From positions 1 through 62,045 of the forward strand of contig JAQBUT010000023.1 in the NCBI GenBank assembly GCA_027623195.1: a stretch of DNA of 62,045 nt, read 5' to 3'. The notes below the pieces were generated by a model that worked only from the letters and a program-made list of their open reading frames with translations, did no database searches and had not been told where the DNA came from. The DNA is from Chloroflexota bacterium. Its GTDB lineage: Bacteria > Chloroflexota > Dehalococcoidia > Lucifugimonadales > JADFKI01. Positions 40,463 to 50,270 of this stretch are shown piece by piece (positions within the stretch are counted from its first letter, which is position 1; every line of letters starts with the position of its first letter). Both the position numbers and the translations under genes were made by a program.

Positions 40463-41398
40463 TTACCTTACACCTCCCGCCAAATACCGCTGTGCCGCTA
40501 TGGCAGCAGTGGCGCCGTCGCCTGCGGAGGTGATTAGCTGGGCGGCCGAGTTCTGGCGGATGTCGCCTGCCGCAAAGATGCCTTCGACCGACGTGCGCAT
40601 CCAGATGTCGGTGGGGATGTGGCCTCCTCCGTCCAACGGCAATAAGTCACTAAGGTAGTCTGAATTGGGCTCCAGCCCGACGTAAATGAAGACTCCTGAA
40701 AGGTCAACGCGAGAGGTCTCGCCGGAGGCTATGTCGGTAACACCAACGCCCTCCACCTGGCCCTCGCCCATTATGGAGTCGACCGTAGTGTTCCAGCGGA
40801 CCTCGATCTTGTCGTGGGCCAGCACCCGGTCCTGGTAGATTTTTTGTCCACTGAAGGCGTCGCCTCTGACGAAAAGAATCACCTCGGAAGCGAACTCGGT
40901 CAGCACCAGGGCCTCGTCAAGCGCGGAGTCGCCGCCGCCTACAACGCCCACCACCTCGTTCATGAAGAAACCGCCGTCGCACGTTGCGCAGTAGGAAACG
41001 CCCGCCCCGTGGAGCTCTTCCTCGCCAGGAACGCCTAGTTTTCGCAGTGTAGACCCGCCCGCCATGATGATCGCTCTGGCCGTGTACTCGCTTCCGTAGG
41101 CGGACGCCTTCCAGCCTCCGTCGGTCCTGACAATGCCATCGACCTCACCCATCTGAATCGCCATGCCGTACCGGCCTGCCTGGTCCTGAATCAGAGGCCC
41201 GATCTCTGCCCCGGAAATACCGTCAGGAAAACCTGGGAAATTTTCAATTATGTCGGCGTTAATGACCTGCCCGCCTGGCATCATGCGCTCAAGCAGGAGC
41301 GTCTTCAAGCCCGCGCGGCTTGTGTACAGGCCAGCCGTCAGGCCAGCCACGCCTCCTCCGACTATGATTACGTCGTAAGTATTTTCCTGCACCAGCAC
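40463..41398 (-). CDS. trxB: Thioredoxin-disulfide reductase
   Basis: GGGVAGLTAG, GVSYCATCDG (CxxC), GGGDSA, AAGD. Confidence 0.92.
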   Translation of the reverse strand: MLVQENTYDVIIVGGGVAGLTAGLYTSRAGLKTLLLERMMPGGQVINADIIENFPGFPDGISGAEIGPLIQDQAGRYGMAIQMGEVDGIVRTDGGWKASAYGSEYTARAIIMAGGSTLRKLGVPGEEELHGAGVSYCATCDGGFFMNEVVGVVGGGDSALDEALVLTEFASEVILFVRGDAFSGQKIYQDRVLAHDKIEVRWNTTVDSIMGEGQVEGVGVTDIASGETSRVDLSGVFIYVGLEPNSDYLSDLLPLDGGGHIPTDIWMRTSVEGIFAAGDIRQNSAAQLITSAGDGATAAIAAQRYLAGGVR

Positions 41399-41486
41399 CT
41401 CTAATATCGAAACGCTTGAAGCTTGGAATTGGAGACGAACTCAAGTTCAGTTGCTTCAATAATCGTTCGTATGCGCCGTCTAAAAA

Positions 41487-42836
41487 CTAAATCAAACCCT
41501 GTTCTCTTACCTCTGTAAGGGAGTTGGCAACCGCTTCCAGCGTGCGCTCGATCTCGCCATCGCTGTGGGCTGCGCTCATGATGAAGCGTGCGCCTGCGTG
41601 GACACTGCCCGCGTGCACGCCGTGGTTCATAAGAGCCAGGCCAAGGTTGCCTTGCAACGCAGGGTCGTCTTTGGCTCGCATGGCCCGAGCGGCGTTTGGG
41701 TTCCTGTCAGGGTCGGCTTCGTCCTCCGTGGTGTTGAGGCGCAGGAATATCAGGGAGTTGATGCCTGTGGCGCAGCCGGGTATCTCCAGCTTCGACAGCA
41801 CCTCGTTTAGGCCGGCCTTCAACTTTTCGCCGGCGGCAGTTGCGTCGTCGTTAACAGAGGTCGTGGCGATTAGCTCCAGCGCCTTGATGCCTGCCACGGC
41901 GGAGAGCGGGTTGGCGTTAAAGGTGCCGTTGTGGGCGATGCGTCGAGTGTTGTTGTACTCGGCGTCGCCGGGACGCGCCTGGATCATGTTGATGATGTCG
42001 GCCTTGCCTGCGACAGCGCCGCCCGGTAGCCCGCCGCCGAGTATCTTGGCCATGGTTGTCATGTCAGGAGTTACGCCGTAGTGGGCCTGCGCGCCGCCTT
42101 TGGAGATGCGGAAGCCAGTTACCACTTCGTCGAAGATGAGCACCACCCCCGTGCGAGTGGTCAGGTCGCGAAGCTCATTGAGGAAGCCTGGCCGTATGGG
42201 CTCCAGACCCATGTGTGCTCCCGTGGGTTCCAGAATGATGGCTGCGATATCGTCGCTGCGTTGCAACGCCTGTTCTACCAGGGAGATGTCGTTTGGTGGC
42301 AGAACGATTATCGTATCCAGCGTCTCCTGAGGTACGCCGCCGAGACCTGAGCCGCCTGCCGAAAGGTAGTCGTTCCAGCCGTGGAAATGCTCCTCGAACT
42401 TGATGATCCTGGACTTGCCAGTATAGGCGCGGGCCATGCGTATGGCCATCATTGTCGACTCGGTGCCGGAGCTTTGGAAGCGCACTTTTTCGGCAGAAGG
42501 AATAAGCTCCTGGATTAGCTGGCCCCACCTAATCTCAAGGTCGGACGACGCGCTGAGGTGAGTTCCCAGGGCCACCTGGTCCTGCACGGCCTTAACAATC
42601 TCCAGGTGGGCGTGGCCAAGAATCATGGAACCGTGGCCGGTCCAGAAATCGATGTATTCGTTGTTGTCTACGTCCCACTTCAGCGGGCCCTTGCCGTGGG
42701 TTGCGTAGATGGGGAAGGGCGTCATTCTGCGGCCGTCGTGGGTTACGCCGTCGGGGAAGATCTCCCTGGCCACCGCCCAACGCTCAGCGGAGCCTGAGTG
42801 CAGATCAATGTACCGTTGCTCAATAGAGTTGACCAT
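41487..42836 (-). CDS. Class III aminotransferase (glutamate-1-semialdehyde aminomutase-like)
   Basis: SGTES, FHGW, LIFDEVVTGFR, AKILGGGLP, GTFNANP. Confidence 0.88.
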   Translation of the reverse strand: MVNSIEQRYIDLHSGSAERWAVAREIFPDGVTHDGRRMTPFPIYATHGKGPLKWDVDNNEYIDFWTGHGSMILGHAHLEIVKAVQDQVALGTHLSASSDLEIRWGQLIQELIPSAEKVRFQSSGTESTMMAIRMARAYTGKSRIIKFEEHFHGWNDYLSAGGSGLGGVPQETLDTIIVLPPNDISLVEQALQRSDDIAAIILEPTGAHMGLEPIRPGFLNELRDLTTRTGVVLIFDEVVTGFRISKGGAQAHYGVTPDMTTMAKILGGGLPGGAVAGKADIINMIQARPGDAEYNNTRRIAHNGTFNANPLSAVAGIKALELIATTSVNDDATAAGEKLKAGLNEVLSKLEIPGCATGINSLIFLRLNTTEDEADPDRNPNAARAMRAKDDPALQGNLGLALMNHGVHAGSVHAGARFIMSAAHSDGEIERTLEAVANSLTEVREQGLI

Positions 42837-42999
42837 GATTCTCCTTTTGGTGTAAGCGGTCAGCGTAACAGGCCGTCGCCGTATGACGATTCGTATTATA
42901 GCTAGAGGTTGGAATTATGCAACGAAGCCGCAGTAGACTGGTTTATGCTACCATGATTGCCGCTTGAAAATCAGCCTGAAAAGCTAAAAAAGGACCACT

Positions 43000-44166
43000 A
43001 TGAAGAGCTACCTGACTCACCTGGAATGCACCTACTGCCACAAGACGTATTCGTCCGGAGAGCTGCACCGCACTTGCGTCGATTGCGGCAAGGTGCTGTA
43101 TCCCCGATACGACCTGGATGCGGCCAAGGGCGGCTTCGACAGAGGCTCGTTGCGGGACCGGCCAGCCAACATGTGGCGCTACTTTGAGATGATGCCAATT
43201 CTGGACGAGGCCAACGTGGTCACGCTGGGCGAGGGGTACACGCCTATATTCCAGGCCAAGCGTCTGGGCAAAGATATGGGCTGCTCCGACCTGCATATCA
43301 AGGATGAGGGCATCAACCCCACAGCGTCATTCAAGGCTCGAGGACTTGGAGCGGCCGTGTCCAAGGCCAAAGAGCTTGGTGTTACCAGGCTGACCATGCC
43401 ATCGGCGGGCAACGCGGCGGGGGCAATGACGTCGTATGCGGCCAAGGCCGGCATGGAGGCGTACGTCTTCATGCCCAGGGACGCGCCTGAGGCCAACCAG
43501 AAGGAGGTCGTCATCACCGGCGGCAAACTGACCCTGGTTGAAGGGCTCATCAACGACGCAGGGCGTCTCTCGCAGGAGAAGGCGGACGAGCTAGGGCTGT
43601 TCGACGTGTCGACGCTAAAGGAGCCATACCGCGTCGAGGGCAAGAAGACCATGGGCTACGAGATAGCGGAGCAGTCGGGCTGGAAGCTGCCGGACGTTAT
43701 CCTGTATCCCACAGGCGGCGGCACGGGCATCGTGGGCATGTGGAAGGCCTTCGAGGAGATGGAGGCCCTGGGCTGGATTGGTAGCGATCGCCCCAAGATG
43801 TTTGCCATCCAGTCGGAAGGTTGCGCGCCCATCGTGAAAGCGTTCCGGGAAGGCACAGAGTTCGCCGAGATGTGGCAAAACGCCTCGACGCTAGCGGCAG
43901 GCATTCGTGTGCCGGCGGCCATTGGCGACTACCTGATACTGCAGGCCCTGCGCGACAGCGACGGCGGCGCGGAGACAGTGACCGATGCCGAAATCCTGAC
44001 CAACCTAAAGCGGGTTGGCCACTTAGAGGGCATGTTCATCTGTCCTGAGGGCGCTGCGTTGGTGGCCGCCTTGGAGAAGCTTCTTGCTGCCGGCACCCTG
44101 TCCCCCGACGAGAACATCCTGCTGCTGAACACGGGCTCGGGGCTAAAGTATTTGGATATGATTTAG
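43000..44166 (+). CDS. thrC: Threonine synthase-like PLP enzyme
   Basis: N-terminal CxxC/CxxC ribbon, LGEGYTP, NPTASFKARG, SAGNA, PTGGG, TGSGLK. Confidence 0.8.
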   Translation: MKSYLTHLECTYCHKTYSSGELHRTCVDCGKVLYPRYDLDAAKGGFDRGSLRDRPANMWRYFEMMPILDEANVVTLGEGYTPIFQAKRLGKDMGCSDLHIKDEGINPTASFKARGLGAAVSKAKELGVTRLTMPSAGNAAGAMTSYAAKAGMEAYVFMPRDAPEANQKEVVITGGKLTLVEGLINDAGRLSQEKADELGLFDVSTLKEPYRVEGKKTMGYEIAEQSGWKLPDVILYPTGGGTGIVGMWKAFEEMEALGWIGSDRPKMFAIQSEGCAPIVKAFREGTEFAEMWQNASTLAAGIRVPAAIGDYLILQALRDSDGGAETVTDAEILTNLKRVGHLEGMFICPEGAALVAALEKLLAAGTLSPDENILLLNTGSGLKYLDMI

Positions 44167-44194
44167 AGCGGCCAGCCTTCAAATTTCGGTTTCT

Positions 44195-44221
44195 AGCCCC
44201 GGGCATCGCTCGGGGCTTTTT
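44195..44221 (+). terminator. Rho-independent terminator after the thrC-like gene
   Basis: AGCCCCGGGC-ATC-GCTCGGGGCT hairpin followed by a T-run. Confidence 0.8.
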
Positions 44222-44274
44222 GCTGCCCTGGCTTGATCTGTATACCAGATTTTAGTGAAAGGAGTGCCTTACAA

Positions 44275-44619
44275 ATGATAAATAACGGATTTGAAAAGGA
44301 ATTGCTGAAGAAGCAACATGAACTGAGGTCGGAAATTGAATTGAAGGAAAGGGTTCTTGAATCTTTGCAGAATGAGATCGGCGAAAAGAGGGAAGCGTTG
44401 GTTAACGTGAGCCGGTTGATTGAATATGAAGATGGCGATGGAGGGGAAAAAGTAAGTACCGTGATTGGGCCTTTGAACTGGGCGGCGATTTGCAGAGAAA
44501 ATGGCTTGATTGTGGGTGGCGACAGTGCCCACAGGGTAGTGTTAAAAAATGACCCCATTTTACATTCCAGGTGGCCGCATTACTGTACCTATGAGAAAAA
44601 GGGATTTCCCCTCAAATGA
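44275..44619 (+). CDS. Hypothetical AT-rich protein with N-terminal coiled coil
   Basis: AAGGAG RBS before ATG 44275; charged heptad-like N-half. Confidence 0.6.
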   Translation: MINNGFEKELLKKQHELRSEIELKERVLESLQNEIGEKREALVNVSRLIEYEDGDGGEKVSTVIGPLNWAAICRENGLIVGGDSAHRVVLKNDPILHSRWPHYCTYEKKGFPLK

Positions 44620-44643
44620 CCAAATGTAGTTCAGGATGCGCGG

Positions 44644-45801
44644 CTATACAAACAGCCCCGGCGCAATCCCTGCTGTCAGCGTTTCGCAGCCGTCGTTCGT
44701 AACCAGCACCGTGTCGCTGCAGCCGATGGCTCCGAGGCCGGGTATGCGCATCGTCGTGATGAGGTGAAAGGTCATGCCGGGCTGGAAGGACCGCTCCTCG
44801 TTCTCGTTAATGCTCATGATGTGGCCCTCATCCCACCCCGGCGGGAAGGCGATGCCGATGGAGTATGCCACCCGCCGACCCTGTTTGTAGCCAACGTTAC
44901 CTGAGTCGATGCGGTCTCTGGCGACCTCGAAGGCCTGTCGCGCGGGCACGCCGGGCTTGATGGCTTCTTTGGCAAGCCTGAGCGCGTCGGTGTTGGTCTC
45001 AATGGCACGCAGAGCGAGGTCGGACGGGTCGCCCAGGAACTTGGCGCGGGTCATGGCGGCGTGGTAGCGGTTGATGCAGCCCGGCACCTCGAAGAACACG
45101 ACCTCGCCCGCCTCTAGTTTCTTTTGCGACCAGGTTGCGTGCACCAGCATGGAACGCAGTCCCGACGTAATGAACGTGGGCAGGCCGGTGTACTCGCTGC
45201 CTGCCACGAACTGCGCCCTGTGTATCTCCGCGGCGACCTCGGCTTCCGAAACGCCGACTTGGGCGGCCTCCAACCCCGCCCGCATGCCTGCCTCCGCCGC
45301 CCCGGCGGCCTGCCTCATGTACTCGATCTCCTGCGGCGACTTCGTGATGCGGCCCTGCTCCACTAACCCAGAACAGTCGACGAATCGGGCGTCTGGCATG
45401 GCGGCCTTTAACTTTAGGTAGTCGCCGGACGTTAGGAACCAGGAGTCGTTTTCCACGCCAATGCGCTTGCTCGACATGCCCAGGTTTACGAGCACGTCCC
45501 GTGTGGTGTCGATCCAGTCTCGGCTGTCGCGGTATAAGCGGTAGTCTTCGACCCAGGTGTACGCCTCGACCAGACCTTCTTCGTGTGGCGGTGGTATGAG
45601 GACGGGGTCGCCTTCCAGGGGAATGGCTAGCGTCTGGTACCAGTAGTAGCCCGGCGACTGGTAGCCGCTGATGTAGTAGAGGTTCTCCGGGGTGTGGATG
45701 AGCGTCACGTCGACGCCCATCCTCTGCATGCGGGCGCGGAGGCCGTTAAGTCTTTGCCGGTACTCCTCCAGTGTGAAATATAAGTAGGTTGGAGTACGCA
45801 T
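44644..45801 (-). CDS. M24 family (Xaa-Pro peptidase/creatinase, ectoine hydrolase-like) protein
   Basis: PENLYYISGY, KSPQEIEYMRQA, RYHAAMTR, YSIGIAFPPGW, PGMTFH. Confidence 0.85.
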   Translation of the reverse strand: MRTPTYLYFTLEEYRQRLNGLRARMQRMGVDVTLIHTPENLYYISGYQSPGYYWYQTLAIPLEGDPVLIPPPHEEGLVEAYTWVEDYRLYRDSRDWIDTTRDVLVNLGMSSKRIGVENDSWFLTSGDYLKLKAAMPDARFVDCSGLVEQGRITKSPQEIEYMRQAAGAAEAGMRAGLEAAQVGVSEAEVAAEIHRAQFVAGSEYTGLPTFITSGLRSMLVHATWSQKKLEAGEVVFFEVPGCINRYHAAMTRAKFLGDPSDLALRAIETNTDALRLAKEAIKPGVPARQAFEVARDRIDSGNVGYKQGRRVAYSIGIAFPPGWDEGHIMSINENEERSFQPGMTFHLITTMRIPGLGAIGCSDTVLVTNDGCETLTAGIAPGLFV

Positions 45802-45845
45802 TTGTTCGCCTCACGCCGGTATTTGTTGGTGTTGGGGGAAGATAC

Positions 45846-46088
45846 CTAGAGTAGCTCCAAGTCCTTGATGTGTGGAGCGTAGGTCTTGAGAGAAGTCTCG
45901 AACATCTGCGTAACCAGGTCGTGGTCCGGGACGCACTCCGGGCACTCTTCGTTGACGCCCTTGTGGTATTTCACGGTGAGCCGCCCGTCTCGAATCTCGA
46001 TGAACTCCAACGAGCCGCCTTCTGACGCGACTACAACCTGCACGTTGTCCAGAATCATCTGTATGCCGGGGTCTGTGTTAACTGCCAT
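45846..46088 (-). CDS. NifU-like small CxxC protein
   Basis: EGGSLEFI...ECPEC resembles the Nfu domain; AGGAGG RBS before MAVNTD. Confidence 0.65.
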   Translation of the reverse strand: MAVNTDPGIQMILDNVQVVVASEGGSLEFIEIRDGRLTVKYHKGVNEECPECVPDHDLVTQMFETSLKTYAPHIKDLELL

Positions 46089-46324
46089 GTCATACCTCCT
46101 GATGGTTATGGATAGCGTAAAACGAAGGCTTTTGGGTGTCAAGTTGGCGCACGGCTGAATTCGACAGGCAATATCTAGATGTTGGCCTGATGCAAATCAA
46201 TAGTTCATCTTAAGCTGCCATACTCTTCACGAATGCCAATATTTAGTGTCCGGTCAACAGAGGGTGATATCTAGTCAATTTCCGCCTGAACAGTGCTAAA
46301 CTTCATGTAGACACGTGAAATCTC

Positions 46325-47683
46325 TTGCGCGTGACGTGGCTCCGCCTACCGAGGCAAGAGAAACTTGAATGGAGCACGTTGGCGCAAACCATCCTTGGGT
46401 CTCCCAGCCCTTCTGCTGCTCCTCCGCCTGCCGGGTTATCCCGTGTTGCCAAGTCTGTTCGGGCCTTTCGTGGCTCTCCCATCTTCGAAACCCTTGAGAA
46501 TCGGGACTTTCGTTGGGTCTTGATAAGCTCATTCGCCTCTTTCATGGCAATGAACATGCAGATGATCACCAGAGGGTGGCTGGTGCTTCGCCTGCAAGAC
46601 GAGTCCCCTTTGGCCCTAGTGCTGGTTATGGTGTCGTTCGCGGCCCCCATGACTTTCGTGTCGCTAATAGGGGGGGCCTTGGCCGACAGGATCTCCAAAA
46701 AATACCTGATTATCTTCAGCCAGTTCGCCAACGCCTTGCTTACGTTCATTCTCGCGATGATGGATGCAAATGGCACAATTTGGTTTGGAGGGCTTCTAAT
46801 ATTCGGAGTCTTCGACGGCTCCATGATGGCAATTAACATGCCCAGTCGCCAGGCCATAATTTCAGAGTTGGTGCCGGAAAATCGCCTCATGAACGCGGTG
46901 GCATTGAATAACTCTGCCATGAACCTGACCAGAGTATTTGGCCCTGCCTTGGCAGGCTTCATGATACTGTTCGTCGGCACTTCAGGGGTGTTCTACGTTG
47001 TATCCGGAATTTACGTACTCTCCGGCATATCCGTCATGTGGCTGAAGGTTAACAAGCGGCCTGACACCGGACAGCCTAGAAAGAGCGTGTTAGCGGATAT
47101 AAAAGAAGGCCTACGGTACGTAATGAATGACCAGAATCTGCGTGGGTTGACTATCATGGCGTTCCTGCCTTCCCTGTTTGGCTTTACCCTATTCGCCCTT
47201 TTGCCTGCGTGGGGGCGGGAGGCCCTAAACGTTACCTCAGCGGACCTTGGCCTTCTTATGATGTTCATGGGCATCGGCGCGCTAGCGGGGACGGTTGGCA
47301 TAGCCTCAGTACGCAGCTTTAGCCGGCGTGGAACGTTGCTGCTGTTCATTGGCATCTTTTGGGGCCTGGCACTCATGGCCTTATCGCAGTCGCCGAATTA
47401 CCTGGTAGCTATACCGTTCCTGCTGATAATCGGACTGCTCAGCTCAGTGTTTATGTCGATGAACATGACGCTGATGCAACTCTACGCCGTCCCCCACATG
47501 CGAGGCCGTGTGATGAGCATAGCCATGATGACCTTCGGCATGATGCCAATTGGAGCACTGCCTTTTGGCACGATGGCGGAGTATATAGGCACACCCAACG
47601 CGTTAACTCTCAGCGGTTTGGCCCTGGCCTCGCTAACGCTGGTATTCGCGTTTGCATATCCAAGCTTCAAGAGAATCTCGTAA
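46325..47683 (+). CDS. MFS transporter (MFS_3-like)
   Basis: GGALADRISKK, PSRQAIISELV, MRGRVMS; about 12 TM. Start uncertain. Confidence 0.88.
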   Translation: MRVTWLRLPRQEKLEWSTLAQTILGSPSPSAAPPPAGLSRVAKSVRAFRGSPIFETLENRDFRWVLISSFASFMAMNMQMITRGWLVLRLQDESPLALVLVMVSFAAPMTFVSLIGGALADRISKKYLIIFSQFANALLTFILAMMDANGTIWFGGLLIFGVFDGSMMAINMPSRQAIISELVPENRLMNAVALNNSAMNLTRVFGPALAGFMILFVGTSGVFYVVSGIYVLSGISVMWLKVNKRPDTGQPRKSVLADIKEGLRYVMNDQNLRGLTIMAFLPSLFGFTLFALLPAWGREALNVTSADLGLLMMFMGIGALAGTVGIASVRSFSRRGTLLLFIGIFWGLALMALSQSPNYLVAIPFLLIIGLLSSVFMSMNMTLMQLYAVPHMRGRVMSIAMMTFGMMPIGALPFGTMAEYIGTPNALTLSGLALASLTLVFAFAYPSFKRIS

Positions 47684-47733
47684 ATTTAGATTAAAGGCTT
47701 GCTTCGGCCGTGGACTGATGATCCCGCCTGCGT

Positions 47734-48867
47734 TTGCCCCTTGACTGCCCTCTTGGGGTGGTGCTAGCCTCCCTTAATCGACCTAATATTCGAACACATC
47801 ATGGAGGCGTGGCTTTGACTTCCAGTGAAATGACGGGACTTGTGCAGACGGTGCTGGGGCCAGTGGCTCCCGGCTCGTTGGGGCCAACTACCACGCATGA
47901 ACACCTGCTGATCGACTTTTCTTTCATGTATAGGCCGCCGGCGGATGCGGCGGACGCCCCTCGCGCAGAGGAGCCTATCACCCTGGAAAACCTAGGATGG
48001 GTCAGACACAACCACTACAGCAGCAAGGCAAACCTTGAGGTGCTGGACGAGAACACGGCCATACATGAAGCCAAGCTTTACAAAGCGGCTGGCGGAGGGG
48101 CCATAGTAGACGCCACGACCATAGGCATTGGGCGCAACCCCAAGGCGCTGGAGCGAATATCCCGGGAGTCAGGCGTGAACGTAATCATGGGGGCAGGCTT
48201 CTACGTGGATGTCGTGCACGCCCCGGACATGAGCAGCAAGTCGGTTGACGACCTTGCGAAACAGATCGTGGAGGACATTACGGTGGGGGTAGACGGTACG
48301 GGCATCAAGGCCGGTGTTATCGGCGAGATCGGATGCACGTGGCCCCTCACGGACAACGAGCGCAAGGTGCTGCAGGCATCGGCTATGGCCCAGCAGGAAA
48401 CCGGCGCTGCCATCCTTATCCACCCTGGGCGTAACGAGGGCGCGCCTGCGGAAATTATAGGAACGCTGACCGACGCCGGCGCGGACATACGCAGAACAAT
48501 TATGGGCCACCTGGATCGGACCATATTCAATATCGACGTGCTTCGCGGACTGGCGTCCACGGGCTGCTACCTGGAATGGGACCTGTTTGGAAACGAGTCC
48601 TCTTTCTATCCTCTGGCCGACATCGATATGCCCAGTGACGCGCAGAGGCTGGCTTTTATCAAAACGCTGGTGGGTGAAGGCTTCGGGCCGAAGATCGTGC
48701 TGGGGCAGGACATCTGCACCAATCACAGGCTGGCCAAGTACGGCGGTCACGGCTACGGGCACATCCTGGAGAACATCGTCCCCAGGATGCGCGTAAAGGG
48801 CTTTTCGGAAGGGCAAATCCACGATATTATCGTGGCCAACCCCGCCCGTATTCTGGCGTTTGCCTAG
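47734..48867 (+). CDS. Phosphotriesterase-related (PTE/PHP-like) amidohydrolase
   Basis: THEHL, VDAT, GEIG, IHPG, GHLD, QD, NPARIL. Start probably near 47815-47830. Confidence 0.9.
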   Translation: MPLDCPLGVVLASLNRPNIRTHHGGVALTSSEMTGLVQTVLGPVAPGSLGPTTTHEHLLIDFSFMYRPPADAADAPRAEEPITLENLGWVRHNHYSSKANLEVLDENTAIHEAKLYKAAGGGAIVDATTIGIGRNPKALERISRESGVNVIMGAGFYVDVVHAPDMSSKSVDDLAKQIVEDITVGVDGTGIKAGVIGEIGCTWPLTDNERKVLQASAMAQQETGAAILIHPGRNEGAPAEIIGTLTDAGADIRRTIMGHLDRTIFNIDVLRGLASTGCYLEWDLFGNESSFYPLADIDMPSDAQRLAFIKTLVGEGFGPKIVLGQDICTNHRLAKYGGHGYGHILENIVPRMRVKGFSEGQIHDIIVANPARILAFA

Positions 48868-48904
48868 GCTAGGCTTTAGCTGGGCCGCTCAGCACTGGCT
48901 TGTG

Positions 48905-48965
48905 TTTCGACAGGCTCACTACGAACGTTTTTTCGCTCATTCTGTTCGTCCTGAACCAGTCGAAA
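48905..48965. repeat. Imperfect palindromic REP-like element
   Basis: TTTCGACAGGCTCACTACGAAC ... GTTCGTCCTGAACCAGTCGAAA inverted pair between convergent genes. Confidence 0.65.
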
Positions 48966-48983
48966 GGCTAGCTCAGGACAAGA

Positions 48984-49385
48984 CTAAACTAGGACGCCAA
49001 ATCCGGACTTGGTGCAAATCTCGACGCGGTTGCCCTCAGTGTCCAGAATGTAAAAGGCGCGTTGGCCGTCGTTACGCACCTGTATCTCCTCGGAAGCCAT
49101 GTCGACGCCCTTGCCCTTGAGAGTCTCGAAGGCCGCATCTATGTCGGCAACCTCGAAAGCCGCATGATGGGAAGGCTGCGATATTCCATCGGCCTGCCGT
49201 ATCAGGTGGACCATGGTCCCGTCTGGGAGTTGAAGCCAGTTGAGGTGGTCTCCATTGACCATCCTGGGAATCTGCTTGATGCCGAGGACTTCCGTCCAGA
49301 ACTTGGTCGCTCTTTCCAGGTCCACGACGTTGTATGTAACGTGATTGCAAGCTGTGAGTCTTAGGGAGTCGCCGGACAGTACCAT
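48984..49385 (-). CDS. VOC/glyoxalase family protein
   Basis: NHVTYNV.DLERA..FW..VLG, HAAFEV, YILDTEGNRVE. Confidence 0.9.
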   Translation of the reverse strand: MVLSGDSLRLTACNHVTYNVVDLERATKFWTEVLGIKQIPRMVNGDHLNWLQLPDGTMVHLIRQADGISQPSHHAAFEVADIDAAFETLKGKGVDMASEEIQVRNDGQRAFYILDTEGNRVEICTKSGFGVLV

Positions 49386-49564
49386 GTTTCATGCCTCTCT
49401 TTTTAGCTAGGGTCGGGTTGCGGGACACATATTACCACGCCTATGAAATATTGCACTGAATGACTGTTGTGTGGCCATATCGGCAGGCAATCTTATAGAA
49501 TGCCCAGGTTCTTAGCCCATGTATTTACGAAATATAGAAAGTTTATGCGGAGGTATCCAAGAAA

Positions 49565-50050
49565 ATGTCGAAGATCGAAGACCGCATTCGGGAGTTGGGC
49601 ATCACCCTGCCTGAGACACCGACGCCTATAGCAAACTATGTGCCCGGTGTTCTGACGGGCAACTTGCTCTACACCGCAGGTCTGGGTCCCGCCAACAGGC
49701 CGGACGGCACCGCTCCAAGCGGCAAGGTGGGGCTAGACCTTACGGTGGAGGAAGGCTACGAGGCGGCGCGGCTAACAGGCATTAACATACTTGCTAGAAT
49801 AAAGGGGCTGGTGGGAGACTTGGATAGAGTTGAGCGCATAGTAAAGCTGCTAGCCATGGTCAACTGCCCGCCGGAATTCGGAGACCACCCCGGTGTGGCC
49901 AACGGATGCTCAGACCTGATGGTGGAGGTCTTCGGCGAAAAGGGTCGGCACGCTAGGTCGGCCGTGGGCATGGCTTCGCTGCCGCACCAGATGCCTGTGG
50001 AGATCGAGGTTATCGCGGAGATCCGTCCATATGAGGACTCCGAGATTTAA
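49565..50050 (+). CDS. RidA/YjgF family protein (Rid1-like)
   Basis: ANYVP, ANGCSDLMVEVFGEKGRHARSAVG..SLP, VEIE. Confidence 0.92.
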   Translation: MSKIEDRIRELGITLPETPTPIANYVPGVLTGNLLYTAGLGPANRPDGTAPSGKVGLDLTVEEGYEAARLTGINILARIKGLVGDLDRVERIVKLLAMVNCPPEFGDHPGVANGCSDLMVEVFGEKGRHARSAVGMASLPHQMPVEIEVIAEIRPYEDSEI

Positions 50051-50172
50051 GGGGAGGACGAGCCTCCCAGAAAATATGCATTCATCAGGATAAATGCGAC
50101 GACTGGCAACAAAATCAGCCACAAGATCAGTCTGGGTGGGAGTCGCCGTAAAAACGTGAATAAACTCTGCAT
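50047..50172 (-). CDS. Candidate 41-aa single-TM microprotein
   Basis: MQSLFTFLRRLPPRLILWLILLPVVAFILMNAYFLGGSSSP; extended -10 TGcTAGAAT 7 nt upstream of the ATG. Confidence 0.45.
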   Translation of the reverse strand: MQSLFTFLRRLPPRLILWLILLPVVAFILMNAYFLGGSSSP

Positions 50173-50270
50173 GTAAGGAATTCTAGCATAACGCTGGCTT
50201 TGCACAAGAAGCCCGGATTGGTACTTTTTCTGCAGGGCCAGCAGCGCATTGGGTTGCGCGGACGGATTTA

